From Gemmatimonas sp. (GTDB taxonomy: Bacteria; Gemmatimonadota; Gemmatimonadetes; Gemmatimonadales; Gemmatimonadaceae), in assembly GCA_039809645.1 (NCBI GenBank), contig JBDHVK010000001.1:32802-96801 (forward strand): DNA of 64,000 nt. The letters are read 5' to 3'. Position 1 is the stretch's first letter; each line of letters begins with the position of its first letter. Of the stretch, positions 37,788 through 49,484 are shown piece after piece. The notes under the pieces were generated by a model that was given only the letters and a program-made list of their open reading frames with translations, ran no database searches and was not told the origin of the DNA. Both the position numbers and the translations under genes were made by a program.

Positions 37788-38863
37788 CCGCCACCGTGTC
37801 GGCCGCCGCGACGCCTCCGGACGGGGCGGAGACGCTCAAGCGCGTCCTCGAGCGCGACGGCACCAGCTTCGAGTTCGTGCAGGTCATGCGGCTGCTCATG
37901 CGGCTCTATCCGGATGCCACGCCAGTGGGCGGTTGGGACGACCCCTCACGTGAGGTCGCGCGAGTCAGTGTGCCGCCCGCACTGGCGTTCCCGCCAGCCG
38001 AACTATCGCGTCTCGACCTGCCGGACGAGGCGGACGAGGCCCCGGATGACGATCCGCGGTCATTCGGCCGTCGCCGACGGACGCAGGCGGCCATCGGCGT
38101 CCGCTTCTTCGGGTTGACGGGGCCTCAGGCGGTGCTGCCGCATGTCTACACCGAGCACGCCGCCCACCGCGCGCGGGCACGCGATACCGCCTTCCGGGAT
38201 TTCGTCGATCTCTTTCACCATCGCGCAATCTCGCTCTTCTATCGTGCGTGGGAGCGTCATCATACGATCGTGCCCGCCGAACGGGGCGCAGACGATCGCA
38301 TTCAGCACCATCTGCTCGATCTCGTCGGCGTGGGGACTCAGGCGACGCGACAACGCCTTGCCATTCCCACCGGCGCGCTCGCGTACTACGCGGGCCTGCT
38401 CGCCATGCGCACGCGACCGGCCATCGGACTGGGACAGGTCATCAGCGACTACTTCGGTGTGACGGTCACGGTCGAGCAGTTCGTTGGCGAGTGGCAGCCG
38501 ATACGTGGCGGTGGACAGGTCTGCGTTGGTTCCGATGATCTCGACGGTCGCCTCGGCGCGGGCGTGATCGGGGACGCCGTCTTCGACCCGATGGCGCTGG
38601 TCAAGCTGCGGATCGGACCGCTCAGCCGTGTCCAGTTCGATCGGTTTCTTCCCGGCGGTGCGGATCATGACGCGCTGGGGCAACTGACCCGCTTCTACGC
38701 GGACGACCAGGTCGGCGCCTGCATCCAGCTGGTCCTCGCGCGCGATGAGGTGCCGGGCGCGCAGCTCAGCGCGGCCGGCGCGCCGACGCTTGGATTCGGC
38801 ACGTGGCTGCGGGCGAAGCCGCGTGCCACCGATGCCGACGATGTGCAGTTCACTCTCCGCTGA
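37751..38863 (+). CDS. tssG: Type VI secretion baseplate subunit TssG
   Basis: FEFVQVMRLLMRLYP and FFGLTGPQAVLPHVYTE...FHHRAISLFYRAW motifs. The true start may be GTG 37784 (GTGA overlap with the tssF stop) rather than 37751. Confidence 0.9.
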   Translation: MAAARRLARPAVTATVSAAATPPDGAETLKRVLERDGTSFEFVQVMRLLMRLYPDATPVGGWDDPSREVARVSVPPALAFPPAELSRLDLPDEADEAPDDDPRSFGRRRRTQAAIGVRFFGLTGPQAVLPHVYTEHAAHRARARDTAFRDFVDLFHHRAISLFYRAWERHHTIVPAERGADDRIQHHLLDLVGVGTQATRQRLAIPTGALAYYAGLLAMRTRPAIGLGQVISDYFGVTVTVEQFVGEWQPIRGGGQVCVGSDDLDGRLGAGVIGDAVFDPMALVKLRIGPLSRVQFDRFLPGGADHDALGQLTRFYADDQVGACIQLVLARDEVPGAQLSAAGAPTLGFGTWLRAKPRATDADDVQFTLR

Positions 38864-38901
38864 CGCCCCCGCCACTCGCTTCCCTTCGTCCTGGATACGT
38901 C

Positions 38902-41595
<2,694 letters not shown>

Positions 41596-41598
41596 GCC

Positions 41599-43812
41599 GT
41601 GGCCAACCCGTCGCAGCGCACACAGGACTGGTCGCAGGAGCATCGCCCGTTTCGCATCTACACGCCGCTGGGGAAGGACGTCCTCATGCTCACGGCGTTT
41701 CAGGGTGAAGAGCGGATCTCGCAGCTCTATAAGTACACGGTGTCGGCCATCAGCAAGCGGCCCGATATCGAGGCCAAGGATCTCCTGCTCAAGCCGGTGC
41801 GATTGGCCCTGCGGCTGTCCGACAAGAACGATCGCGACATTCACGGCATCGTGAGTCGGTTGACCCGCGGGAGTCGCGCGCCCCTTGGATACACCGCGTA
41901 CGAGATCGACGTGGTGCCGCAGCATTGGCAGATGACGCTCGACACCGGATTCGCGATCTATCAGAACAAGAGTGTGCGCGAGATCTGCGACGAGGTGCTC
42001 AAGGGGACGTCGCACGAATGGAAGATGCTGCGCACGCTCGAGCCGCGACCCTACACGTTCCGGTATCGCGAGAGCCGCTGGAACTTCGTCGCCCGCCTGC
42101 TCGAGCAGGAGGGGATCTGGTTCCGTTTCGAGCACAAGGGCAGTGACGACAAGCTGGTCCTCGCCGACTCGGTCGCGTCGGCGCAGGCGCAGTGGGGCGT
42201 GACGAAGCTTCACTACACGGGCCCGAACGTAAAAGAGCACCGGCTCACCGATCTCCGCATGGACGCGGTCCCGTACGTGGCCGAGAGTCGCGTGCGGACG
42301 GCCAGCGAGTTTCTGCCGTCGCAGAACATCAATGCCGTGACCCCGTCGCAAGGCGCCTTCAAGCCTCCCGCCGAGGTGAAGGCGTATCACTTCGAGCAGC
42401 AGATGACGGCACACCGCACGGGGATCGACCACCACGGCGGCCTCACCCCGGCGGACGCGGCCAAACTGCCCCCCGATACCAAGGTGTACGCGCGGCTCCG
42501 CCAGGAGGCGGCCGAAGCGGGCGCCGTGCGCTTCAGTGGGGACTCGCGCTACGTCGGCATGGAAGTGGGCGCGCGAGTGGAGGTGACGGATCACCCGAAC
42601 CCGACGCTCAACGCCGCCCTCTTCCTCACCGCCGTCTTCCATAGCGGCAGCAACGGCTCGTACGACGCCGGAGACGAAGGAGCACCGACCTACAAGAACA
42701 GCTTCGAAGCCATTATCGCCGGCACGCCGTACCGACCGCCGCGCGTCACGCCCTGGCCGGTCGTGGGGGGCGCGCACACGGGGGTGGTGGTTGGCCCCGA
42801 AGGCGAGGAGATCTACACCGACAAGCACGGACGCGTGCAGGTGGTGATGAAGTGGGACCGGGACAATGATCGCACGCTCGAGCACTCCTGCTGGATGCGG
42901 GTGGCGCAGTCGCTCGCCGGCAACCGCTTTGGCGCGGTCTTTCTCCCCCGGGTTGGACACGAGGTGATGGTCGAGTTCCTCGATGGGAACCCCGACAACC
43001 CGATCGTGGTCGGGAGTCTCTACAACGCCGACAACCTGCCGCCGTGGGAGCTGCCGAAGCACAAGACGCAGTCCGGCGTGCGGACGCAGAGCACACTCAA
43101 GGGGACCACGCTCGAGACGTACAACGAGCTGCGCTTCGAGGACAGGATCAAGGAGGAGCAGATCTATGTCCAGGCCGAGAAGGACCTCGACACCCTCGTC
43201 AAGCACAATGAAACGCGCATGGTGCGGAACAATCGCACCACCACCATTCACGTGAATGACGAGAAGACCGTCGAGAAAGGTCACGACTACACGACGGTCG
43301 AGGAGGGCGAGCAGGAGATCAAGGTGCTGAAGAATCAGCGCTCGCTCTACGTGAACAAGAACAACAACATCACCGTGGACGGCAGCGAAATCATCCACGT
43401 AAAGCAGGACCGTCAGCTCCAGGTTGGCGGGAACCAGCAGCACCAGGTGCAGGGAAACAACAGCACCGCAGTACAGGGGTCGCAGGACTGCACGGTGCAG
43501 GGCGATGACACCACCACGGTGGCCGGTGGCAATTCGTCGCTCACGGTGAACCAGGGCAACCTCGCCATGGGCGCGACGGTTGGCAGTGTCTCGATCCGAT
43601 CGGGAGGCGGTTCGGTCTCCATCGAGGGCATGCAACAGATCGAGCTCAAGGTGGGCGGCAGTTCCATCGTCATCGCGCCGGGCGGGATCACCATTCGGGC
43701 GCCGTCGGTCACCGTCGAGGCGGCGGGCGCCGCGCAGATCAACAGCGCGGTCACCCAGATCAACGGCAGCGGCATGGTCCGCATCAACGGCGGCATCACG
43801 CTCATCAACTGA
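41599..43812 (+). CDS. vgrG: Type VI secretion spike protein VgrG (TssI), no recognisable C-terminal toxin extension
   Basis: 737 aa. gp27-like N-terminus, gp5 OB-fold region (GHEVMVEFLDGNPDNPIVVGSLYN), and a C-terminal beta-helix repeat region ending without an extra domain. GTG start. Confidence 0.93.
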   Translation: MANPSQRTQDWSQEHRPFRIYTPLGKDVLMLTAFQGEERISQLYKYTVSAISKRPDIEAKDLLLKPVRLALRLSDKNDRDIHGIVSRLTRGSRAPLGYTAYEIDVVPQHWQMTLDTGFAIYQNKSVREICDEVLKGTSHEWKMLRTLEPRPYTFRYRESRWNFVARLLEQEGIWFRFEHKGSDDKLVLADSVASAQAQWGVTKLHYTGPNVKEHRLTDLRMDAVPYVAESRVRTASEFLPSQNINAVTPSQGAFKPPAEVKAYHFEQQMTAHRTGIDHHGGLTPADAAKLPPDTKVYARLRQEAAEAGAVRFSGDSRYVGMEVGARVEVTDHPNPTLNAALFLTAVFHSGSNGSYDAGDEGAPTYKNSFEAIIAGTPYRPPRVTPWPVVGGAHTGVVVGPEGEEIYTDKHGRVQVVMKWDRDNDRTLEHSCWMRVAQSLAGNRFGAVFLPRVGHEVMVEFLDGNPDNPIVVGSLYNADNLPPWELPKHKTQSGVRTQSTLKGTTLETYNELRFEDRIKEEQIYVQAEKDLDTLVKHNETRMVRNNRTTTIHVNDEKTVEKGHDYTTVEEGEQEIKVLKNQRSLYVNKNNNITVDGSEIIHVKQDRQLQVGGNQQHQVQGNNSTAVQGSQDCTVQGDDTTTVAGGNSSLTVNQGNLAMGATVGSVSIRSGGGSVSIEGMQQIELKVGGSSIVIAPGGITIRAPSVTVEAAGAAQINSAVTQINGSGMVRINGGITLIN

Positions 43813-43821
43813 CGACGGACC

Positions 43822-44517
43822 ATGACCACCCCTCCCGTGATCGCCCCTGATCCGCTGGCGGCGCTGCCGCCGCTCGCGCGATGGCTGCTCGAGCGCTGCA
43901 AGCCGGACAACGACGCCCTCGCGCTGGTGACGCCGACCGTGACCATCGAGGCGCTCTATGCCCAGTGGATGGAGCGCAAATACTTCCCGTCGGCCATCCG
44001 TCTCATCGCGGCCGTGCTCCCAGCGCGCGAGAGCATCTGGTGGGCATGGGTGTCCGTGCGGCACAGCACGCAGGCCGTCGGCGGGACGCCTCCCACCGCC
44101 GCGCAGCACGCCACGCTCGGGCATGTCGAGCGATGGATCGTTCGACCCGATGATCCCACGCGACGCGAAGTCTGGGAGTCAGCCAACAAGGCCGGTCTCA
44201 ACTCGGCCGTCGGCATGGTCGGTGCGGCGGTCTTCCTGAGTGGCGTCACGGTGGGCCCGAGCGACGCGCCGGTGGTCCCGCCACCGCCCGGCGCGATTGT
44301 CCCGATCATTCCCGGCGCGATCCTCGTGGCAGCGGCCACCAACAGCGACCCCGCGCGCATCGAGCCGACGACTGTCGCGTTTGCCGCGCAGGGGCTGGAG
44401 GTGGTCAAGCGCCTGGGCGGGTGGGATGTCGCCGCTCGCCAGGCATACGACACACATCAGCGCGCCGAGCAAGAGTATGCGCAACTCCTTGGATCCTCCA
44501 ACGCGGCCACGAGCTGA
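43822..44517 (+). CDS. Hypothetical VgrG/PAAR-associated protein (possible adaptor, with two hydrophobic segments)
   Basis: 231-aa ORF, 9 nt after vgrG and 6 nt before the PAAR gene. Hydrophobic stretches SAVGMVGAAVFLSGVTV and AIVPIIPGAILVAAAT. No family recognised with certainty. Confidence 0.65.
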   Translation: MTTPPVIAPDPLAALPPLARWLLERCKPDNDALALVTPTVTIEALYAQWMERKYFPSAIRLIAAVLPARESIWWAWVSVRHSTQAVGGTPPTAAQHATLGHVERWIVRPDDPTRREVWESANKAGLNSAVGMVGAAVFLSGVTVGPSDAPVVPPPPGAIVPIIPGAILVAAATNSDPARIEPTTVAFAAQGLEVVKRLGGWDVAARQAYDTHQRAEQEYAQLLGSSNAATS

Positions 44518-44523
44518 TCATCC

Positions 44524-44808
44524 ATGAGCAAGGCATCCGCACGAATCGGTGATGACCACGTGTGCCCGCGCGCGGGCCATGTCGGCGGACCGATCATCAC
44601 CTCGGCCGCGCCCACCGTTGTCATTGTCGGCCAGCAGGCGGGGACGGTGACCAGCACCTGCAAGTGCCGGGGAGGCGCCAATGACAAAGTCGTACAAGGG
44701 TCGGCCACCGTGCTGTTGAGCGGCCACAGCGCCGCGCGCATCGGTGATCGAACGGAACACGGCGGGAAGATCGTGACCGGTGCCGCGAACGTGGTCATCG
44801 GCGGATGA
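44524..44808 (+). CDS. PAAR-domain protein (stand-alone spike tip)
   Basis: 94 aa. ARIGDDHVCP...AARIGDRTEHGGKIVTGAANVVIGG are the typical PAAR repeats. Confidence 0.9.
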   Translation: MSKASARIGDDHVCPRAGHVGGPIITSAAPTVVIVGQQAGTVTSTCKCRGGANDKVVQGSATVLLSGHSAARIGDRTEHGGKIVTGAANVVIGG

Positions 44809-44901
44809 GGTCACGTGCGGTCATGACGTTCCCCACGGGCCGGCACGCGGTGCCGGACGCTCAAGGGTCAATGGCAACTCTCAACCGACGCGGAGACGCG
44901 C

Positions 44902-45609
44902 ATGAGTCACGCTTCCGATTTCACATCACCGGCTTCCCACGCCGATCCCAGCCTGGGTATCGGCTTCGGTCCGGAGCAATTCGTCCGCTGCGAGATCGGA
45001 CATTTCGTCATGGGCTCTGAACTCGATGCTGACAATCCACCGCACGACGTCACGCTCCGACGCAGCTTTCTGTTGCAACGCACGCCGGTGACACAGGCGC
45101 AGTGGGAAGCGGTGATGGGGAGCAATCCGAGCGACTTCAGCGGCGACGTCTTGCGACCCGTCGAGAGCGTGTCGTGGACCGACACGCAGGCGTTTCTCGC
45201 GGCGCTGGAATCGAGGAGCGGCGTGAAACACCGACTCCCGACCGACGCCGAGTGGGAGTATGCGTGCCGAGCCGGTGGCAGCGGCAACATCAGCGGTGAT
45301 CTCGATCCCCACGCGTGGTTTCGCGCGAACAGTCAGGGGACGACGCATCCGGTGGCGACGCGCACGCCCAATGCCTGGGGACTCTACGACATGCACGGCA
45401 ACGTGTGCGAATGGGTCAACGACTACTACAGCCCGATCAGCACCGACCGTGTCGTTGATCCCACGGGGAGCGCCTACTCGACCACGCGCGTGATACGGGG
45501 TGGCTCCTGGTTCAACCAGGCTATCGTGGCGCGTGGCATGCCACGTGGGAGTCTGGACGACGAGGCGCGGAACAACATGACGGGCTTCCGGCTGGTGCGC
45601 CTCGGATAA
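44902..45609 (+). CDS. FGE-sulfatase/SUMF1-domain protein lacking the catalytic cysteine pair (TagR-like candidate)
   Basis: FGE-family motifs RTPVTQAQWEAVMG, ESVSWTDTQAFL, RLPTDAEWEYACRAG, WGLYDMHGNVCEWVND and RVIRGGSW. The segment after GGSW (FNQAIVARGMPRG) has no Cys-x4-Cys. No N-terminal signal peptide. Confidence 0.8.
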   Translation: MSHASDFTSPASHADPSLGIGFGPEQFVRCEIGHFVMGSELDADNPPHDVTLRRSFLLQRTPVTQAQWEAVMGSNPSDFSGDVLRPVESVSWTDTQAFLAALESRSGVKHRLPTDAEWEYACRAGGSGNISGDLDPHAWFRANSQGTTHPVATRTPNAWGLYDMHGNVCEWVNDYYSPISTDRVVDPTGSAYSTTRVIRGGSWFNQAIVARGMPRGSLDDEARNNMTGFRLVRLG

Positions 45610-45613
45610 GTCG

Positions 45614-48600
45614 CTAGTAGCTATACCCGAAGAACCACGTCCCGAACCCCTTCGTCCCCGGACGGCTCACCGGCACCGCCCAGTCCCAGCGCACGATGGC
45701 CACGTTGAACAGATTGAGCCGCAGGCCGAACCCGTAGCTCTTGAGGACCTGTCGCTTGCTGGTGAAGTTGTAGTCGGCGGGTTCACTCCAGCTCACCTTC
45801 TGCCCCTGCGACCAGGCCACACCGGCGTCGTAGAAGAACAGACCGTCGAGCGGCGGGAACCCGCCCAGCAGATTCGTCCGCGATCCGTAGCGCCGAATGA
45901 TGGGGAAGCGCAGTTCGGCGTTGGCGACCGCCACTCGGCTGCCGATCGTCTCCACCGAGTTGCAGCTCTGCGTGTCCGAGCCCGGGAGCCCCGAGCAGCT
46001 GAAGTAGCCGAAGTTGTCGCGGTTGTAGCCGCGGATATAGTCCGGCCGGCCGATCCACTTCGGGAAGCGCAGTTCATCGCGACCCGACGAAATGCTCGTC
46101 ATGAAGCGCGTCGCGAACGTGACGTAGTTGAAGAGGATCGGGATGTAATTGCGACCGTCCACGAGGTAGTCCATGTACTTCCAGGACCCCATGTTGCTGG
46201 TCGTCTCGAGGCGCCACCGCTTGCCCGAGATCGGACCGGTGTAGCCCATCAGCGAGTTGTCGGTCACGAACGCGAGGTACGGCGAGTACGTGTTGGCCGA
46301 CGCGATGTTGCGCGTATCGCCGCGCGTGTAGCCCGTCGCGGCCTGATAGGTGAGATCGAGCAGACGGGAGAACGAGAACACCTGCTGATCCACATTCTGA
46401 AAGCGCGCGCCCAGCTCGAATCGCGTGAAGCGGTTGAGTGGGTACAGTCCCGCGGCGAACACCTGTCGGATCACCAGACGCGTGATCTCCTGCGACTGCT
46501 GATACTGGTTGTTCCCGAGATCGGTGAGCGACGAATTCGAGTAGAGATAGAGCGGCTGCTGAATCACGCCCGTGGTGTACTGCAGCCGTCGTCCGAGGCT
46601 CGTGTAGCCGGCGAAGACCTGAGCATCACTGAGCTGCCCGTTGATCGATCCCGAAAGCGCGAGACGGCTGTTGCCCAGCAGATCGCTCAGTACGATCGTG
46701 GTGCCACCATATGTGCCCTGACCCCAGCCACCCTGCTGGTAACCGATCTGCGGCTGCGCCACGTACTCCGGCGTCAGCCGGGTCCGGTAGCGATACTCCT
46801 TGAAGCGCGTGGTGTCCGGCAGATTGAAATCGAAGCTGTCCATCAGCGCCTTCACACTGACCGCTTCCGCCATGCGCTGCACGCTGCTCACCGGCAGGTC
46901 ACTCGAGACGCGCGCGGGCGCGCCGGTCGCCGGGCGGTAGAAGCTCTGACGAGCGGCGGCCGTGTCCTGAAGTGCGGCCTTGGCGAGATGCGCGCCGGGT
47001 TCGCTCACCACGGCCGGTTGTGCCGGCGCCCCCGTGGTCCGGCCGGGCACCTGGGCCACCACGGTGCGCTCCTCGAACGGCTGCTTCTTGAGTTTGCGCG
47101 GATTCTTGATGGTCCAGATGGCGTGGTCGGTCTTCTCGTAATACACGAACGCCATGATGTCCGCGTCGCGCGCCCACGTGATCGACGGCGACTGCTCGGC
47201 CACGGCGGTGACCGCACCCAGGACATTGGTCAGCTGGTAGTGCTTCTGATCGGTCAGATCGTAGAGGAAGATGTTCGCGATGCCCGTACGATCGCTGACG
47301 AACGCGATGGACTTGCCGTCCGGTGCCCACTGCGGGTTCGTGTTGCGCCCACCCTGAGCCGGGATCTGCGTGATCTTCTGCGTCTCGACATCCATCAGGT
47401 TCAGGCGCCACGGCCCGATCTTGAGGATATCCATGTCGGTGTCCGGGCCGCGCTCGGAAACGAACGCGATCGTCTTGCCGTCGGGCGACCAGGCCGGCAT
47501 CAGATCGCCGTACGTGTCCTTGGTGAGCTGCGTGTACCCCGGGGCGTCCATCTGCACGACGTAGAGATCACTGGTGCCGTGCCGCATCCCGCTGAAGACG
47601 ATCTTCTGCCCGTCGGGCGAGAAGCTTGGACTCAGCACCTGGTCGAGCATGAGGTCGAACCGCTTGACCACCTTGCGGCGCGCCACGTCCATGACGTAGA
47701 GCACATCGCGCCCGCCTCGCTGGCCGGTGAACGCCAGGAACTGCCCGTCGGGCGAGAAGGACGGCTGCGAATAGATGAACCGCAGCTGCTCGAAGTCGGG
47801 GTTCGTGGTGGTCTTCACGAGGCGCGTGATGCGCTTGCCCGTGCGACCGTCGGCGAGATAGAGCTCCGGGAACACCTCGCCCCGCAGCAGGCTGCCGTAG
47901 CCGACGTAGGTGATGTACTTGCCATCGCTCGACAGGGCCGGCGCCACGAACATGTTCGCGATCGAGCCCGTGCGCTTCTGCGAGAGCAGCGGCTCGGCGA
48001 ACGACCGCGGCCGGTCGAGCTGCGACACCGTCGGCAGATACTTCGTCTGCATCGCCTGCTTCCACTCGGCACTCAGCTCGTGGAGCGAGATGCCAATCTC
48101 GCGACGGAACGCGCGATCGATGCCGAGGCTCGGCGTGGCATTCATGATTTCGCCGATCGCTTCATCACCCCACCGGGCACCCACGTACTGCCAGAGCGCG
48201 AGCCCGTAGCGATACGGGAAGTACTTGTCCGGGCGCTCCGTCATCTGCGCGATGCTCGGGAGCGTGTTGTTCACCACGGCGTCGCGCACCCAGGTGTCCG
48301 TCCACGGATGACTGGGGCCGATCGAGAAATACTCGGCCAACCCTTCCATGTACCAGAGTGGCGGATTTACCATCGACAGATTCTGCAGTCCCGCGCCGGC
48401 CCGGCCGCGCGAGAAGATGTCGAAGGTGAAGACGTGCACCATTTCGTGGGTGAGCACGTGTTCGAAGCTCGCCCAGTCGCCGCTGAAGAACTGCGCCATG
48501 CGCTGGCGCAGCGGATCGGTCACACCGCCGGTGCCTTCGCCGAGATCGCCAAAGACGTTGCTCTGCGCGAAATCGCCGCTCGATCCGTAGATGAGCACCG

Positions 48601-48895
48601 GCTTCTTCTCGCGGAACTGATGCGCCGTGAGGCGGGACAGGCGTGCGTAGGACCGCTCGGCCATGCGCGCCGCATCGGGCGCGACATCGGCGAGCTCAGG
48701 ATAGTAGTGGACGAGGAAGTGCTCGGTCTCGACCACACGCCAGCGCAGGTTGTCGTACTGGACCTGGTTCTGCCCGAAGTATCCCTGGGCGGCCAGAGGA
48801 GCGGCCGAGAGCGCCGCGCCCACCGCCATCGCTGCTGCAGCGACGCCGAGGGACTGCACCACCTGCCACCACGACGTGCGCTGCTTCCTGATCAT
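45614..48895 (-). CDS. Omp85/BamA-superfamily outer membrane protein fused to an N-terminal gluzincin-like peptidase domain and PD40 (TolB-like) beta-propeller repeats
   Basis: Start at ATG 48895 gives the signal peptide (VAAAAMAVGAALSAAPLAAQ). A HExxH site (LTHEMVHVF), at least five PD40 repeats (SPDGK/Q..AF.S.R.G) and a C-terminal beta-barrel ending FGYSY are present. Confidence 0.8.
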   Translation of the reverse strand: MIRKQRTSWWQVVQSLGVAAAAMAVGAALSAAPLAAQGYFGQNQVQYDNLRWRVVETEHFLVHYYPELADVAPDAARMAERSYARLSRLTAHQFREKKPVLIYGSSGDFAQSNVFGDLGEGTGGVTDPLRQRMAQFFSGDWASFEHVLTHEMVHVFTFDIFSRGRAGAGLQNLSMVNPPLWYMEGLAEYFSIGPSHPWTDTWVRDAVVNNTLPSIAQMTERPDKYFPYRYGLALWQYVGARWGDEAIGEIMNATPSLGIDRAFRREIGISLHELSAEWKQAMQTKYLPTVSQLDRPRSFAEPLLSQKRTGSIANMFVAPALSSDGKYITYVGYGSLLRGEVFPELYLADGRTGKRITRLVKTTTNPDFEQLRFIYSQPSFSPDGQFLAFTGQRGGRDVLYVMDVARRKVVKRFDLMLDQVLSPSFSPDGQKIVFSGMRHGTSDLYVVQMDAPGYTQLTKDTYGDLMPAWSPDGKTIAFVSERGPDTDMDILKIGPWRLNLMDVETQKITQIPAQGGRNTNPQWAPDGKSIAFVSDRTGIANIFLYDLTDQKHYQLTNVLGAVTAVAEQSPSITWARDADIMAFVYYEKTDHAIWTIKNPRKLKKQPFEERTVVAQVPGRTTGAPAQPAVVSEPGAHLAKAALQDTAAARQSFYRPATGAPARVSSDLPVSSVQRMAEAVSVKALMDSFDFNLPDTTRFKEYRYRTRLTPEYVAQPQIGYQQGGWGQGTYGGTTIVLSDLLGNSRLALSGSINGQLSDAQVFAGYTSLGRRLQYTTGVIQQPLYLYSNSSLTDLGNNQYQQSQEITRLVIRQVFAAGLYPLNRFTRFELGARFQNVDQQVFSFSRLLDLTYQAATGYTRGDTRNIASANTYSPYLAFVTDNSLMGYTGPISGKRWRLETTSNMGSWKYMDYLVDGRNYIPILFNYVTFATRFMTSISSGRDELRFPKWIGRPDYIRGYNRDNFGYFSCSGLPGSDTQSCNSVETIGSRVAVANAELRFPIIRRYGSRTNLLGGFPPLDGLFFYDAGVAWSQGQKVSWSEPADYNFTSKRQVLKSYGFGLRLNLFNVAIVRWDWAVPVSRPGTKGFGTWFFGYSY

Positions 48896-49278
48896 TACCG
48901 GGCTCCCTGCCTGACTTCGGTGTCTACGGAGACGCGGGTCGCGTCGCTCCACAGCCGTTCGAGCTGATAGTACTGACGCAAGGTGGGATGGAAGACGTGG
49001 ACCACGCAGTCGGCATAGTCGAGCAGCGCCCACCGACCTTGCGTGAGGCCTTCGGTCATGCTGGTAGACACGCCACCCGCCTTCAACCCTGCCTGGATGT
49101 GCTCAGCGACCGCCCGGACGTGCGTGTCCGAGGTCCCCGAGGCGATAACAAAGAAATCGGTCATGTCCGTCACTCCTCGCAAATCGAGGACGACGATATC
49201 GGAGGCCTTGAGTTCGCTGGCCAGCGCAGCGGCGCGGCGGGCGATCGGTTCTCCGGGACTGGCTTTGCGTTCGGCCAT
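48895..49278 (-). CDS. rsfS: Ribosome silencing factor RsfS (Iojap family)
   Basis: 127 aa. DIVVLDLRGVTDMTDFFVIASGTSDTHVRA...WALLDYADCVVHVFHP...YYQLERLW. Confidence 0.92.
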   Translation of the reverse strand: MAERKASPGEPIARRAAALASELKASDIVVLDLRGVTDMTDFFVIASGTSDTHVRAVAEHIQAGLKAGGVSTSMTEGLTQGRWALLDYADCVVHVFHPTLRQYYQLERLWSDATRVSVDTEVRQGAR

Positions 49279-49409
49279 CTACACCTGATCAGGGAAGGGA
49301 CGGTTCGCGGTGGTACCCCGCGGGGTGCTCCCCGCGGGTTTTCCCAGCGGGTACCCGGCCGTCCGGGGAAGGTTCAGAGAAGCTTGCGCTCGCGGAGGGC
49401 TGAAACGCA

Positions 49410-49442
49410 ACGAGGGGAACCCGTTTGGCGGGCTCCCCTCGT
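49410..49442 (-). terminator. Candidate intrinsic terminator downstream of rplI
   Basis: ACGAGGGGA pairs with TCCCCTCGT (9 bp), plus an inner 4-bp CCCG/CGGG stem and a 5-nt loop. It lies 43 nt after the rplI stop. On the minus strand it is followed by TGCGTTTCA, a weak U-tract. Confidence 0.5.
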
Positions 49443-49484
49443 GACACCCGGTACCCGATTGGGCGCCCGGGAATAAACGCGCAC

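Noticed and set aside
45610-45613. Omp85 fusion protein considered as a T6SS outer-membrane component replacing TssJ
   Set aside because: It is convergent (tail-to-tail, 4-nt gap) with the last T6SS gene and is translationally coupled to rsfS in a separate operon. Adjacency alone is not evidence.
46988-48967. 659-aa plus-strand ORF. Similar long antisense ORFs occur at 58929-60758, 30241-31758, 14062-15708 and 62993-63988.
   Set aside because: Each is antisense to a gene with clear motifs (the Omp85 fusion, ctc/prs, tssB/tssC, the kinase and the ROK kinase). All are judged to be high-GC artefacts.
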